Shown here one piece after another: positions 19,068-28,077 of a stretch of 64,000 nucleotides of DNA. The position numbers and the translations under genes are program-made. The first letter of the stretch is position 1, and every line of letters starts with the position of its first letter. The notes under the pieces are model-generated. The model made no database searches. It was not told the DNA's origin and worked only from the letters and a program-made list of their open reading frames with translations. This DNA comes from Gammaproteobacteria bacterium (GTDB lineage: Bacteria > Pseudomonadota > Gammaproteobacteria > SZUA-140), in assembly GCA_026982565.1 (NCBI GenBank), contig JALSGV010000044.1, forward strand, positions 8,506 through 72,505, read 5' to 3'.

Positions 19068-20857
19068 TGCTCTTCCTCCCCAAACAGGGCCACCTGTCCG
19101 GGTGCGGTTTTCTTCTTTGACTTCTTCTTAGGTACGGCTGGCTGTTCAGGTTCTGGCTCCAACATTGGGAGATTCTGTACGTTCAAGCTGTAGTCGTCAC
19201 GACCCCATTCGCAACGGGAAAGCACCACTTTGGGAATCTTCTTGATGGTGAGATTGGGCCAGCGCTCCGTCGCTTTTGCCGCGCTGATACCCCGGAAAGC
19301 GCTGCATAGTACCAGCAAGCTGCGGCCTTCACCCACCTCTTCCGCCAGGGCCTGCAACTGGCTCACCGACAGGTTCTGCGTGGTGACATAGATGAAATCC
19401 TGCTCCGTGGAATGGCCGTGCTGCCACCAGACGGTTTCCGACGGCGTATAGGTAAATCCCTCCAGCTTGCACAGCGCCTCGGCCAACATGGCAGCATTGT
19501 ATTCCTTATTGATGACCCAGTTACCCCACTTGTCCTTCTCCAGCAATGAAGGGGCCAGGCGGTAGTAACGGAAACCGCCGCCACCCTTCCACTCATAATT
19601 CTCACTAACTCCAGACTTATCATCCCCATCAATAACTCTCATTAATCTTGGAACTATATGTGTATATGCCTGTTCCCGTAATTCCACTGTAATCCATTTT
19701 CTACCCATTTTATGGGCCACGGCAGAAGTAGTGCCCGACCCACCAAAAGAGTCAAGCACAAGATCACCCGGTTTGGAAAAGTGTTTCAATATTAGCTCTA
19801 ATAGTTTTTCTGGCTTTTTTCCGCCCCGGAAATCCACACCACCTTCATGTCTACAATTACCAAAACTACCAGCCAGATCGAAGAAATTTTGGATTGGTTT
19901 TGCTTTATCCGCCTTCCCTTCTTTTATAGCACTTAATGTTTTCAACGGTATACCTGAGTAAAATTTACCTTTTGTGGCTGTAGATTTTTTTGGACCCGTC
20001 ATGTAACGGTAACCCAATCCATCCTCACCTATTCCATAGACTTTATATAAACATGATAATCCATCTATTTTTTTTCTAGGAGCTAAGTACTTATCAAGAA
20101 ACTCTCCTGAACTTCCAGACTGCCGAACCAAAGACCCTGTTGCCCACGTCTCCTTTAACCCTGTTAAGGATGGCTCTATTTTCTTGATTTCGTATTCTCC
20201 AGGCTTAAATAACACCACCTTCTTTCCACCCAACTCTAGCTCTTCACCATCTGATTTTTCAATTATCATCCATTCAAATTTTTCAATCTTGTAGGGTTCT
20301 TTATCTTTATTCGCCTTCGCCAAATTGCGATCCTTTGCATAGATAAAGCACTGCTCAATTACTTTTTGGTAATCGTTATCTTCTGCAAGAGTTTTATGGC
20401 CATATCTAACTTGAACATAAAATGTCGTTAAATAGTTCGATCTTCCAAAGATCTCATCTAGCAACACTTTAAGATATGCACCTTCACCATCATCTATTTG
20501 ACAACAAAAAAAACCATCATCTGAAAGCAGTCGCCTAAGAGATTCCAAACGATCTCTCATCAAAGATAACCATATTGAGTGCTCTATTCCATCATCGTAG
20601 TTTTCAAAAGCATTTCCGGTATTGTATGGAGGATCGATATAGATACACTTCACCTTGCCCGTAAACTCCTGCTCCAGCGCCTTCAGCGCCAGCAGGTTGT
20701 CACCGAAGATCAGGCGATTGTCGAAAATGTCGTTCTCCGTCACCCGATGCTTGGCGTAATACGACTTATCCGGATCTTCCAGCAGAATCCGCGGTTCCAG
20801 CTTCGGCCGCTTGTCCTTTCCTATCCAGGTGAGTTCCAGTTTTTGTTTCTTGGCCAT
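19064..20857 (-). CDS. mod: Type III restriction-modification system methyltransferase subunit (Mod; beta-class N6-adenine MTase)
   Basis: 597 aa. Motif IV IYIDPPYNTGNAF, motif I VLDSFGGSGTTSAVA near the C-terminus, and a central variable TRD. AT-rich compared with its surroundings. A8/T8 homopolymers at 20506-20513 and 20068-20075. Confidence 0.9.
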   Translation of the reverse strand: MAKKQKLELTWIGKDKRPKLEPRILLEDPDKSYYAKHRVTENDIFDNRLIFGDNLLALKALEQEFTGKVKCIYIDPPYNTGNAFENYDDGIEHSIWLSLMRDRLESLRRLLSDDGFFCCQIDDGEGAYLKVLLDEIFGRSNYLTTFYVQVRYGHKTLAEDNDYQKVIEQCFIYAKDRNLAKANKDKEPYKIEKFEWMIIEKSDGEELELGGKKVVLFKPGEYEIKKIEPSLTGLKETWATGSLVRQSGSSGEFLDKYLAPRKKIDGLSCLYKVYGIGEDGLGYRYMTGPKKSTATKGKFYSGIPLKTLSAIKEGKADKAKPIQNFFDLAGSFGNCRHEGGVDFRGGKKPEKLLELILKHFSKPGDLVLDSFGGSGTTSAVAHKMGRKWITVELREQAYTHIVPRLMRVIDGDDKSGVSENYEWKGGGGFRYYRLAPSLLEKDKWGNWVINKEYNAAMLAEALCKLEGFTYTPSETVWWQHGHSTEQDFIYVTTQNLSVSQLQALAEEVGEGRSLLVLCSAFRGISAAKATERWPNLTIKKIPKVVLSRCEWGRDDYSLNVQNLPMLEPEPEQPAVPKKKSKKKTAPGQVALFGEEEQ

Positions 20858-20866
20858 GATTTACCT

Positions 20867-21427
20867 TTAGAGTGGTTGCGTGAGAGCAGCCATCATCGAA
20901 TTCTTCACTGTTTGCACGTCGGTCTGATTTTCGAAAATTGCCCTTGGCTGTTTGTTCCAGGTGTTCGCCTTTATAACATTGATCAATTCATTCGCAATGG
21001 TGTCGATCGCCACCGAGATTCGCTTTTTCTCATCGTCGGTCAGCGCCAAATCGCCACTCCAGCGCAACTGAGTCTTCAGTAATAGTATATGCAGAATCAG
21101 CCATTTTCCGTGCCGAAGGATTTCGCCATCTTCCTGAGATTCACCTTTGGCACGATCGATGATCGTTTTCTGAACAATGCGGCTTATCTGTACGACACGC
21201 CATAGTTCCCTGGCTGTCAAAGCATCCGAAAAAAGGCGTTCATACGCCTCATCCAATGGCGATCCCGTTGCGGACAGGTCCGGCCGTCTGAACAACCGCT
21301 TTTGATCTTTCTTTGCCGCCACAACAAAGGCAGGCCAGGAGCTGGCTGTTTCGCAACATGCCAGAGCGGGTGCGGCCTCACGAACGCTGAAGACTGCATC
21401 CGATAACGAGGGGGTCATTGTCGCCAT
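20867..21427 (-). CDS. Hypothetical protein (no recognisable domain) downstream of the AIPR gene, overlapping it by about 50 bp
   Basis: 186-aa ORF in the same orientation as AIPR and mod-res. Coding status is uncertain. Confidence 0.35.
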   Translation of the reverse strand: MATMTPSLSDAVFSVREAAPALACCETASSWPAFVVAAKKDQKRLFRRPDLSATGSPLDEAYERLFSDALTARELWRVVQISRIVQKTIIDRAKGESQEDGEILRHGKWLILHILLLKTQLRWSGDLALTDDEKKRISVAIDTIANELINVIKANTWNKQPRAIFENQTDVQTVKNSMMAALTQPL

Positions 21428-22691
21428 GCTTATACAGATACTCGATACCCGTTATAGCCAGTGTCTGTCGCCACGTTTCCTGGCGTTCATCCAGCGCCGA
21501 GAAATCCTCAAGGTCAACCGCGTTCTGGCGGTTACGGTACTGGGTTACCCGTTTGCCAAACTCATCGGGTGCTTGGTCAAGAGAGATGAATGTAACCAGC
21601 ACCTCGGCGGGATGGTCGTCGAAATAGGCTGCATTTTGCTCTGCAATGGTACCAACAGTTTGTGCGCCATTGATGATGGAAATATCACGGACTCGAAAAC
21701 GTCCTTGCTGCCGATCTTGTTGAATCGGCGGTAGCTGCTGAATACTTGAGCAGAGAAATGTCACTCCATTGTTGAAATAGAAGAAATGATCCCATTCTTC
21801 CTGCAAAGTTTTCGCCATGCCGTCATTGACAACAGTCGAGCCCTTGAATCTCCGTATATTTTTCTCGACTATGCGGTCGCCATACTGCTGCTCCAAATTA
21901 GCGAGGTTTTTTGCCGACATTCGCCCATAGAAACCTCGGTACGGGCTTTCAATATAGCCAAAATCGAGCAGATTGACTTCAGTATCTATGGGTTGAGCCG
22001 CTTGATCGTCCAGTTGAAATCCATGGAGGCTTGTCAGCCCTCGCGAATAGCAGCGAAGAAAATCGGGCACCGTAGCATTGTATGTATGTTCGAGGTCTGA
22101 GAATATGTTTCTGCGGTCATCTGATATTGCTCCCCCGGTGTGAGCAAGAACGACTTTGACTCGGTGACCTTCATCTGCCAGGGCGCTTTCAATGGCATGT
22201 CTTTTCTCGTTCAGAGCCTCATTGAAGCGGTCGTATTTTCCAGCCAGAAGATCCACGACACCATCCTTGAACTTGGATACATCCCCCAGGTCAGGTTCAC
22301 CTCTCCCGCTGGAGATATATTTGGATTGAATCAACCATAGTGTTCCGTCCGCGCCAATATAAACAGAATCGATGCCGTGATCGTCACCGCCATCGATGCA
22401 GGCAGCAACGGCTTCTTCTTGAGTGGCCCCTGCTTCATGAGTTAGCACAAAGGCTGCGATAGCTTTGGATAGAAAATTGTTTCGTCGTGCGTCATCATTC
22501 GCACCAATACCTGTAATTAATGCACCAAACTCATTGTCCAATGACTCAGTCAAAAGCCTTAGTTCAAGTGGCGTTCCTTGTGGTGGCATTTTCACGATTC
22601 CCGGATTTCGTAACAAAACAATACCCTGCATTTCCTCTAGCTTGGCTTTGTCAATGGATGCAAACGACGTGTTTCGCCTACCGTTGCCCAA
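21378..22691 (-). CDS. AIPR-family abortive-infection-like protein (restriction-endonuclease-like N-terminal region plus AIPR domain)
   Basis: 437 aa. N-terminal HGIDSVYIGADGTLWLIQSKY (Mrr-cat-like D...QxK) and C-terminal AIPR hallmark ISIINGAQTVGTI (NGxQT). The true start may be the internal Met at 22631, which would remove the 55-bp overlap with the upstream ATPase. Confidence 0.7.
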   Translation of the reverse strand: MGNGRRNTSFASIDKAKLEEMQGIVLLRNPGIVKMPPQGTPLELRLLTESLDNEFGALITGIGANDDARRNNFLSKAIAAFVLTHEAGATQEEAVAACIDGGDDHGIDSVYIGADGTLWLIQSKYISSGRGEPDLGDVSKFKDGVVDLLAGKYDRFNEALNEKRHAIESALADEGHRVKVVLAHTGGAISDDRRNIFSDLEHTYNATVPDFLRCYSRGLTSLHGFQLDDQAAQPIDTEVNLLDFGYIESPYRGFYGRMSAKNLANLEQQYGDRIVEKNIRRFKGSTVVNDGMAKTLQEEWDHFFYFNNGVTFLCSSIQQLPPIQQDRQQGRFRVRDISIINGAQTVGTIAEQNAAYFDDHPAEVLVTFISLDQAPDEFGKRVTQYRNRQNAVDLEDFSALDERQETWRQTLAITGIEYLYKHGDNDPLVIGCSLQRS

Positions 22692-24955
22692 TAGCTGCCA
22701 GATTTACGGTTGCGTGGCCATCCACTATCCGGGTCAACCAGGCTTTCCATCAACGCCAACACTTCTTTTCCAAATGCGAGTGCATCATCATCCAGTAATT
22801 CAAATGACAGCGCATTGAAATGCGCACCAAACAAGTTTCTCGCCTGTATGATTCTTGTAAGTTCATTCAGATGAGGTTCGAGCACCTTCTCGATGTAGGT
22901 CACTGTGCCATCCGGTTCTTCCTTCTTGTGTTCAACTTTCAGAGCCGCCCTAAGCTTCTTGTCAATTGCTGGCAAGAGGTCACCCAAGGTATAACGACCA
23001 CTTGCGCGGCGTGGTACCTGGCACTCGTACGTCACCGTCAGAAATTCGAGTGCGGCCTCGAGGACCACACCTGCTTTTGCGCAAACCAGCTGCACGTCAG
23101 GCGGCGTCTCCTCCAGCAGCATTTTCAATCTTTCAATATCAGGTATGCTTTGAGTGAGGGAGATGCCGCCATCCAACGTCCATTTCTTGAGTTCGACAAA
23201 CTGGCATTGCCCATTTTTCAGCCAACCCCAACGAAACTTCTCTTTCCAGGGACGATAGTGCGTTGTGATGATGCATTGACGGAATTTGTTGGCTTCCTCG
23301 TACAACATTTCAATCAGTCGCTCAACATGAGGCTCATCCACGCTACCGAGCACATCATCTAGAACAAGTATCGTCTCCTCTGGCTTTTCTCTCCGGACCA
23401 GCGACAGGAATACGCAAAGCCCCAAGGTATCCAGATGGGAATCACTGAAATAGGCCTGGGGCGGCGCGCCTCCCTTCCCCAAGAATTCTGCCGAAATATC
23501 CAAAGAGGCCCGCCTCACCGGATCCAGTTCAAGGCTGATTTTATTTAAACCTTCTCCAGGATGAACCTTCTCGTACAACACCCCGACATCATTAGCGATT
23601 TCGTGCAATATATTGTCGGTATATTTCTTTCGCTCAGTTTCTACAATTTCGAGAGCTTTTTTCAACCGCGGCAGTAACACATCGAGTTCCTGCTGGATCT
23701 GACTGTTGGATTCCAAGGTATCGAGTGATGTTTTCAGAGCTTCGATAAACCGCATACTATCCGCGCACTCGTCCGACAGTACCCTCCATTTCCCGATCAG
23801 CTCTTCGCCATTTGCCAGCCACTCTGTCCAGTCATCTACCCTGGCTGGATAAGGCAGGTCTGGTATTGTGATATCAACCGGCAAAGCATCGTCTTTTGTA
23901 GACTCTACAAATTTTTGGGCATCCTGCAAAGCCGTGTTAATCAGTTCATCAAGCTCTCGTTCTTTCTGTTCCAGCGAACTTTCCAACAGCGTCAGTTTGC
24001 GCCTAGCTTCTTTGAGTTGATTGGCAACCACCTGAGACTCGATCCTTTCCGTGACTCTTGCCGGCAGTCCGGCGACCTTCTCCGCACTCTCGCACAGTGG
24101 ACAAACTTCAGGGTCGGGATGATTTTCGAAATGACTCTGCGCAGCATGCAGTATTTCGAGTATCTCGACATATTCCCCAGCTACTTTCTCAGTCAAGCCC
24201 AGAACATGCTGCTTCTGATCTTCAATGGCAGCCTTTATGCTGGATATTTCCTTTTTGCGTGCACAAATTGCTTCTGGATAACTGAGAAGTTTTCGGAATG
24301 TTTCTCGCAATTCATCCAAAGCAGCCCTTGTAGCCTCGACTGATGCCATGTCCCGGGCAACTTCATTCTGCGCCCACTGAATCGCATCATCACCCACCTT
24401 TCCTGCCTGTTCCCAGAAGTTTTCTATCGTATCCCTGTTTTCCTGAACACGTGCAATGGCAACTTCGATCCGGCTTTCGATATCGCGGATAAGCGCACGC
24501 AGATTGGCTTCCGATGCTTCAACACCTGCCACGTCGATAAAGTGGCTGATAGCTGAATAGCGATCAGCTGGTCTTGCTTCGACCAGATTCAGGATTTGAC
24601 TCCTTCGTAATACGTTTACAAGCGGGCGATGATCTTCTGAATCCACCAGTACGTTGCCTTTTTCAAGCGTCGCCTTGCAGCTGCCAGTTGATAGTGTCAG
24701 CGTAACCGAGGTGTCAGACGGCGTTTTGCCAACCGTATGCCAGTATTTACCAGTCCTGTTCAGCCCTCTGTTATCAAGCGAGCCGACCCTGCCGTTGCCG
24801 ATGAAGTCGAATGCGTCACATATTGTTGACTTACCGGTACCGTTCTCACCATATATAAGTGTCAGCTTTTTTCCTTTTTCGAAGGTGAGGGTGAACGGGG
24901 CAACAGCCCCCCTAAGATGATCAATTGTCAGTGATTTTAGAGCACCGCTATTCAT
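22637..24955 (-). CDS. SMC/Rad50/RecF-like ABC ATPase with long coiled coil, CxxC zinc-hook-like motif and an about 200-aa C-terminal domain of unknown function
   Basis: 772 aa. Walker A LIYGENGTGKSTICDA at the N-terminus. Mid-protein HPDPEVCPLCES within a predicted coiled coil. C-terminal signature-like FSDSHLDTLGL, Walker B ILVLDDVLGSVD and H-loop CIITTHY, then an extra domain with no recognisable motif. Confidence 0.75.
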   Translation of the reverse strand: MNSGALKSLTIDHLRGAVAPFTLTFEKGKKLTLIYGENGTGKSTICDAFDFIGNGRVGSLDNRGLNRTGKYWHTVGKTPSDTSVTLTLSTGSCKATLEKGNVLVDSEDHRPLVNVLRRSQILNLVEARPADRYSAISHFIDVAGVEASEANLRALIRDIESRIEVAIARVQENRDTIENFWEQAGKVGDDAIQWAQNEVARDMASVEATRAALDELRETFRKLLSYPEAICARKKEISSIKAAIEDQKQHVLGLTEKVAGEYVEILEILHAAQSHFENHPDPEVCPLCESAEKVAGLPARVTERIESQVVANQLKEARRKLTLLESSLEQKERELDELINTALQDAQKFVESTKDDALPVDITIPDLPYPARVDDWTEWLANGEELIGKWRVLSDECADSMRFIEALKTSLDTLESNSQIQQELDVLLPRLKKALEIVETERKKYTDNILHEIANDVGVLYEKVHPGEGLNKISLELDPVRRASLDISAEFLGKGGAPPQAYFSDSHLDTLGLCVFLSLVRREKPEETILVLDDVLGSVDEPHVERLIEMLYEEANKFRQCIITTHYRPWKEKFRWGWLKNGQCQFVELKKWTLDGGISLTQSIPDIERLKMLLEETPPDVQLVCAKAGVVLEAALEFLTVTYECQVPRRASGRYTLGDLLPAIDKKLRAALKVEHKKEEPDGTVTYIEKVLEPHLNELTRIIQARNLFGAHFNALSFELLDDDALAFGKEVLALMESLVDPDSGWPRNRKSGSYWATVGETRRLHPLTKPS

Positions 24956-25160
24956 CTGACGCCTCCTTGTCTAGCGCTTTTTCTATCAGCAAACGCCAGT
25001 CCTCTGCCCTCAATTTACCTGAAGCTATTTCCCGGGACGTATGCGGAGCATCTTCCTTTAGAATCAATCCCTCATCCAACAATGCGTTGGTTACGATTTC
25101 TGCGAGTTCCTCGGCAGGTGTTTTGTCATTTTCTTCTGCGTCACTCATATGAGCCTCCAT
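24948..25160 (-). CDS. Small acidic hypothetical protein (70 aa) between the SNF2 helicase and the SMC-like ATPase genes, overlapping both ends
   Basis: ORF MEAHMSDAEENDKTPAEELAEIVTNALLDEGLILKEDAPHTSREIASGKLRAEDWRLLIEKALDKEASDE. Overlaps the SNF2 stop by 16 bp and the ATPase start by 8 bp. No homology recognised. Confidence 0.4.
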   Translation of the reverse strand: MEAHMSDAEENDKTPAEELAEIVTNALLDEGLILKEDAPHTSREIASGKLRAEDWRLLIEKALDKEASDE

Positions 25161-28009
25161 TCGATGGTGAACAGGTGCTTTTCCTCTGCCTTTTGCGTGA
25201 GCCGGGCTTCCAACTCAACAATGAGCGCATTGCGCTTTTCTTCTACCTCATCCTGCCGATCAAACAGTTCACGACGTAGCCTGTTGCGCTTCTGTTCCAG
25301 CTCGCGCTGTTGTTTCTGCCAGTCCAGTTTTTCCTCCAGCGTTGGCGCGGTTGCAGCGGTGCGCCGCACTTCCTTGATCTGACGGTCCATTTCCTTGATT
25401 TCCTGTTCCAGCCCTACCTTAAGGTCATCCGCCCAGGCATCGAGCTTTTGGACCTCCTGTTCAAAGTACCCAAGGTTGCGCCGGTTGATGGACTCGGCCA
25501 GTCGGTTTTTTCGTTCGATCAGGTCGGATTCCAGTGCAGGATTAACTGGTAGTGCGCTGATTTGCTCCTGGTGGCTTGCAGGCAGGCGCAGGAGCTTTTC
25601 CGGGTCGTCTTCAGGTAGTACTTCACCACTATCGGTCACGGCAGAAACTACGAGGTGTTGTTCGGTTCCACCAAGAGACTGGATGGTCAGTAGTTCCGCA
25701 ATCAGAACCCCGCTTTTCCCTCGCCAGGCCTCCAGCGTGGTCAGGCGACCGCCTTTCCAGGCGCCATAGTCGAATACCAGTCGTGCCGGAGGCAGATCAC
25801 GGGCTTTGGCCTGTTGCAGCACATACTCGCCCAGGGGATGCCCCAGACGGTAGAGATGGGCGTCACCTGTGCGTCGTGGCAGTTCGTAACGGCCCAACGG
25901 GACGGCATCCCGAAGGCTGTCATCAGGCAGGGACTCGAGAATGAAGCTATTATCGCCGTCGAAGCGGGCATGACGTTTGAGTTCCACCCGGGTGAGGTTC
26001 ATGAATAGCTGTTCGTAACGGTTGCGGGTTTCGAGGCTGTCGATACGGATCTTTTCCAGTACCTGTTCATCGAAATGCTCGAACAGGGCTTCTCTGGTCT
26101 TGACCATGGCCTCGTTGATTTCAGTGGCCAGCTCCAGCTGCAACTGTTCGAAGCTCTTGCGGATGGTTTCGGGATCCCGGCAGCTTTGATAGATATCCGC
26201 GATACGGCGCTCAAAATCCACGCCTGAACCAATGACGCCGAGCACTTCGTCACTGGCACCGAAGACACCGTCGAACAGGCGGAACTTCTGTTCCAGCAGT
26301 TCATAGACCCGGCGATCCGCCTCGTTGGTCAGATCGACGAAGTTCACCACCACGACATCGAACTTTTGCCTGTAGCGGTGGCAGCGGCCGATACGCTGCT
26401 CGATGCGTTGCGGGTTCCAGGGCAGATCGTAGTTGATGACCAGCGAACAGAATTGCAGGTTGATGCCTTCCGCGCCGGCTTCGGTAGCGATCATGATCTT
26501 GCCCTGGTCGCGGAAGTATTCCACCAGTGCGGCGCGGGTGTCGGCGGTTTTTGAGCCGGTGATGCGATCTGAGCCGGCGTGTTTTTCCAGCCAGTCCTTG
26601 TAGACCTGACGTGCTGCCGGATTGTCGTTGGTGCCGTTGAACAGAACGATGCCATCCCCGTAGGCAGTTTCCCTGAGCAGGGACAGAAGATAGTCCTGCG
26701 TACGGCGGGATTCAGTGAAGATCAGTGCCTTGCGCGGTGCGCCAAGTTTGTCGAGTTCCCTGAAAGCGCGATCCAGGGCGGTGATCAGCGCCTTGCCCTT
26801 GGCGTTGTCGCGTATCGCCTTCGCCATGGTCTCGTAGCGGCGCAACTCGGCAATTTCGTCACGAATGGCCTGCTTGTCTTTCTCATCGAGCAGGTTGTTT
26901 GCCAGCTCAATCTCCCACTCCTCGGCTTCTTCATCAAGGGCTTCGTAATCCTTGTCAAGGGAGTCGATGAGTGATTCGGCCGTTTCGGCATCTTCGAGCA
27001 GCTTTTCCAACCGGGCCGCCATGGTACCCAGGGCACCTCCAATGGCATAAGTGGATGACGCCAGCAGCTTCCACAGAACCAACGAGATGAGTTGCCGCTG
27101 GCCACTAGGCAGGGCCTTGAGTTCTGGGCGGCGCAGGTAGTCGGCGACCAGTTCGCGCAGGTGCTGCTCGTCCCTGGTGGGCGTGAACTGCTCCACTAGG
27201 GGAATGCGTTTGGTATAGGCAATGGTGTGGGCCACCTGCTTGCGCAGCGTGCGCTTGCACAGAGGCGCGATGCGGCTGCGCAGCTGCTGGAAGACGGCGT
27301 TGTCGTTCAGCCGCGCATACTGGCGACGAAAACTGTCCAGATCGCCAAACACGCGCTCGTCGATGATACTGACCAGTCCATAGAGCTCCAGCAAGGAATT
27401 TTGCAGTGGAGTAGCGGTGAGTAGCACCTTGGATTTCACGCCGGCCAGCCCATCCTTGAGGGTGTTGGCGATGATATTACCTTTCTTATAGACATTGCGC
27501 AGGCGGTGCGCCTCGTCATAGACCAGCAGATCCCAGGGAACCATGCGCACATTGTCAATCCTGGACTTGGCGAACTGATAGGAGCAGATCACCGGCCGGT
27601 CGGTGTCGAAGGGGTTGAGTACACCTTGTCTCCTGAGCTGGTTGTAGCTCTTGGACTCGAGTATCAAGGAGTCCAGCGCAAATTTGTCCAGTAACTCCTG
27701 ATGCCACTGCTTGCGCAGATTGGCGGGCACGATGATGAGGATGCCACGCTTGCGCTCCGCCCAGAATTGGGCAAGGACGAGGCCGGCTTCGATAGTCTTC
27801 CCAAGACCAACCTCATCAGCCAGGATAACACCACGGGACAAGGGGTTCTGGCATGCGAACAGTGCCGCCTCGACCTGGTGAGGGTTCAAATCAACCTGAG
27901 CATCCATGAGGGTAGATCCCAAGGAATCCACCGAATCACCAGCAGCCCGGCGTGTGAGCTGCCAGGCAAAAAACTGGCTGTGGTAAAGGGTAAGCCCGAG
28001 GTCGTTCAC
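25145..28009 (-). CDS. SNF2-family (Swi2/Snf2) helicase-like ATPase with C-terminal coiled-coil region
   Basis: 954 aa. Motif I ILADEVGLGKTIEA, II LLVYDEAHRLRN, III VLLTATPLQNS, VI EQRIGRCHRYRQK. The C-terminal 130 aa is charged and heptad-like (EEKLDWQKQQRELEQKRNRLRRELF...). Confidence 0.85.
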   Translation of the reverse strand: MNDLGLTLYHSQFFAWQLTRRAAGDSVDSLGSTLMDAQVDLNPHQVEAALFACQNPLSRGVILADEVGLGKTIEAGLVLAQFWAERKRGILIIVPANLRKQWHQELLDKFALDSLILESKSYNQLRRQGVLNPFDTDRPVICSYQFAKSRIDNVRMVPWDLLVYDEAHRLRNVYKKGNIIANTLKDGLAGVKSKVLLTATPLQNSLLELYGLVSIIDERVFGDLDSFRRQYARLNDNAVFQQLRSRIAPLCKRTLRKQVAHTIAYTKRIPLVEQFTPTRDEQHLRELVADYLRRPELKALPSGQRQLISLVLWKLLASSTYAIGGALGTMAARLEKLLEDAETAESLIDSLDKDYEALDEEAEEWEIELANNLLDEKDKQAIRDEIAELRRYETMAKAIRDNAKGKALITALDRAFRELDKLGAPRKALIFTESRRTQDYLLSLLRETAYGDGIVLFNGTNDNPAARQVYKDWLEKHAGSDRITGSKTADTRAALVEYFRDQGKIMIATEAGAEGINLQFCSLVINYDLPWNPQRIEQRIGRCHRYRQKFDVVVVNFVDLTNEADRRVYELLEQKFRLFDGVFGASDEVLGVIGSGVDFERRIADIYQSCRDPETIRKSFEQLQLELATEINEAMVKTREALFEHFDEQVLEKIRIDSLETRNRYEQLFMNLTRVELKRHARFDGDNSFILESLPDDSLRDAVPLGRYELPRRTGDAHLYRLGHPLGEYVLQQAKARDLPPARLVFDYGAWKGGRLTTLEAWRGKSGVLIAELLTIQSLGGTEQHLVVSAVTDSGEVLPEDDPEKLLRLPASHQEQISALPVNPALESDLIERKNRLAESINRRNLGYFEQEVQKLDAWADDLKVGLEQEIKEMDRQIKEVRRTAATAPTLEEKLDWQKQQRELEQKRNRLRRELFDRQDEVEEKRNALIVELEARLTQKAEEKHLFTIEWRLI

Positions 28010-28077
28010 TATTTCTATTCCGGTATTGTCATTTCCGTTTCAGATTCGCATCCCACATCATTTTACATTCAACTACA

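Noticed and set aside
20506-20513. Definitive phase-variation switch in mod
   Set aside because: A/T8 tracts are below the length usually associated with high-frequency slippage. This is kept only as a low-interest note within the Type III finding.
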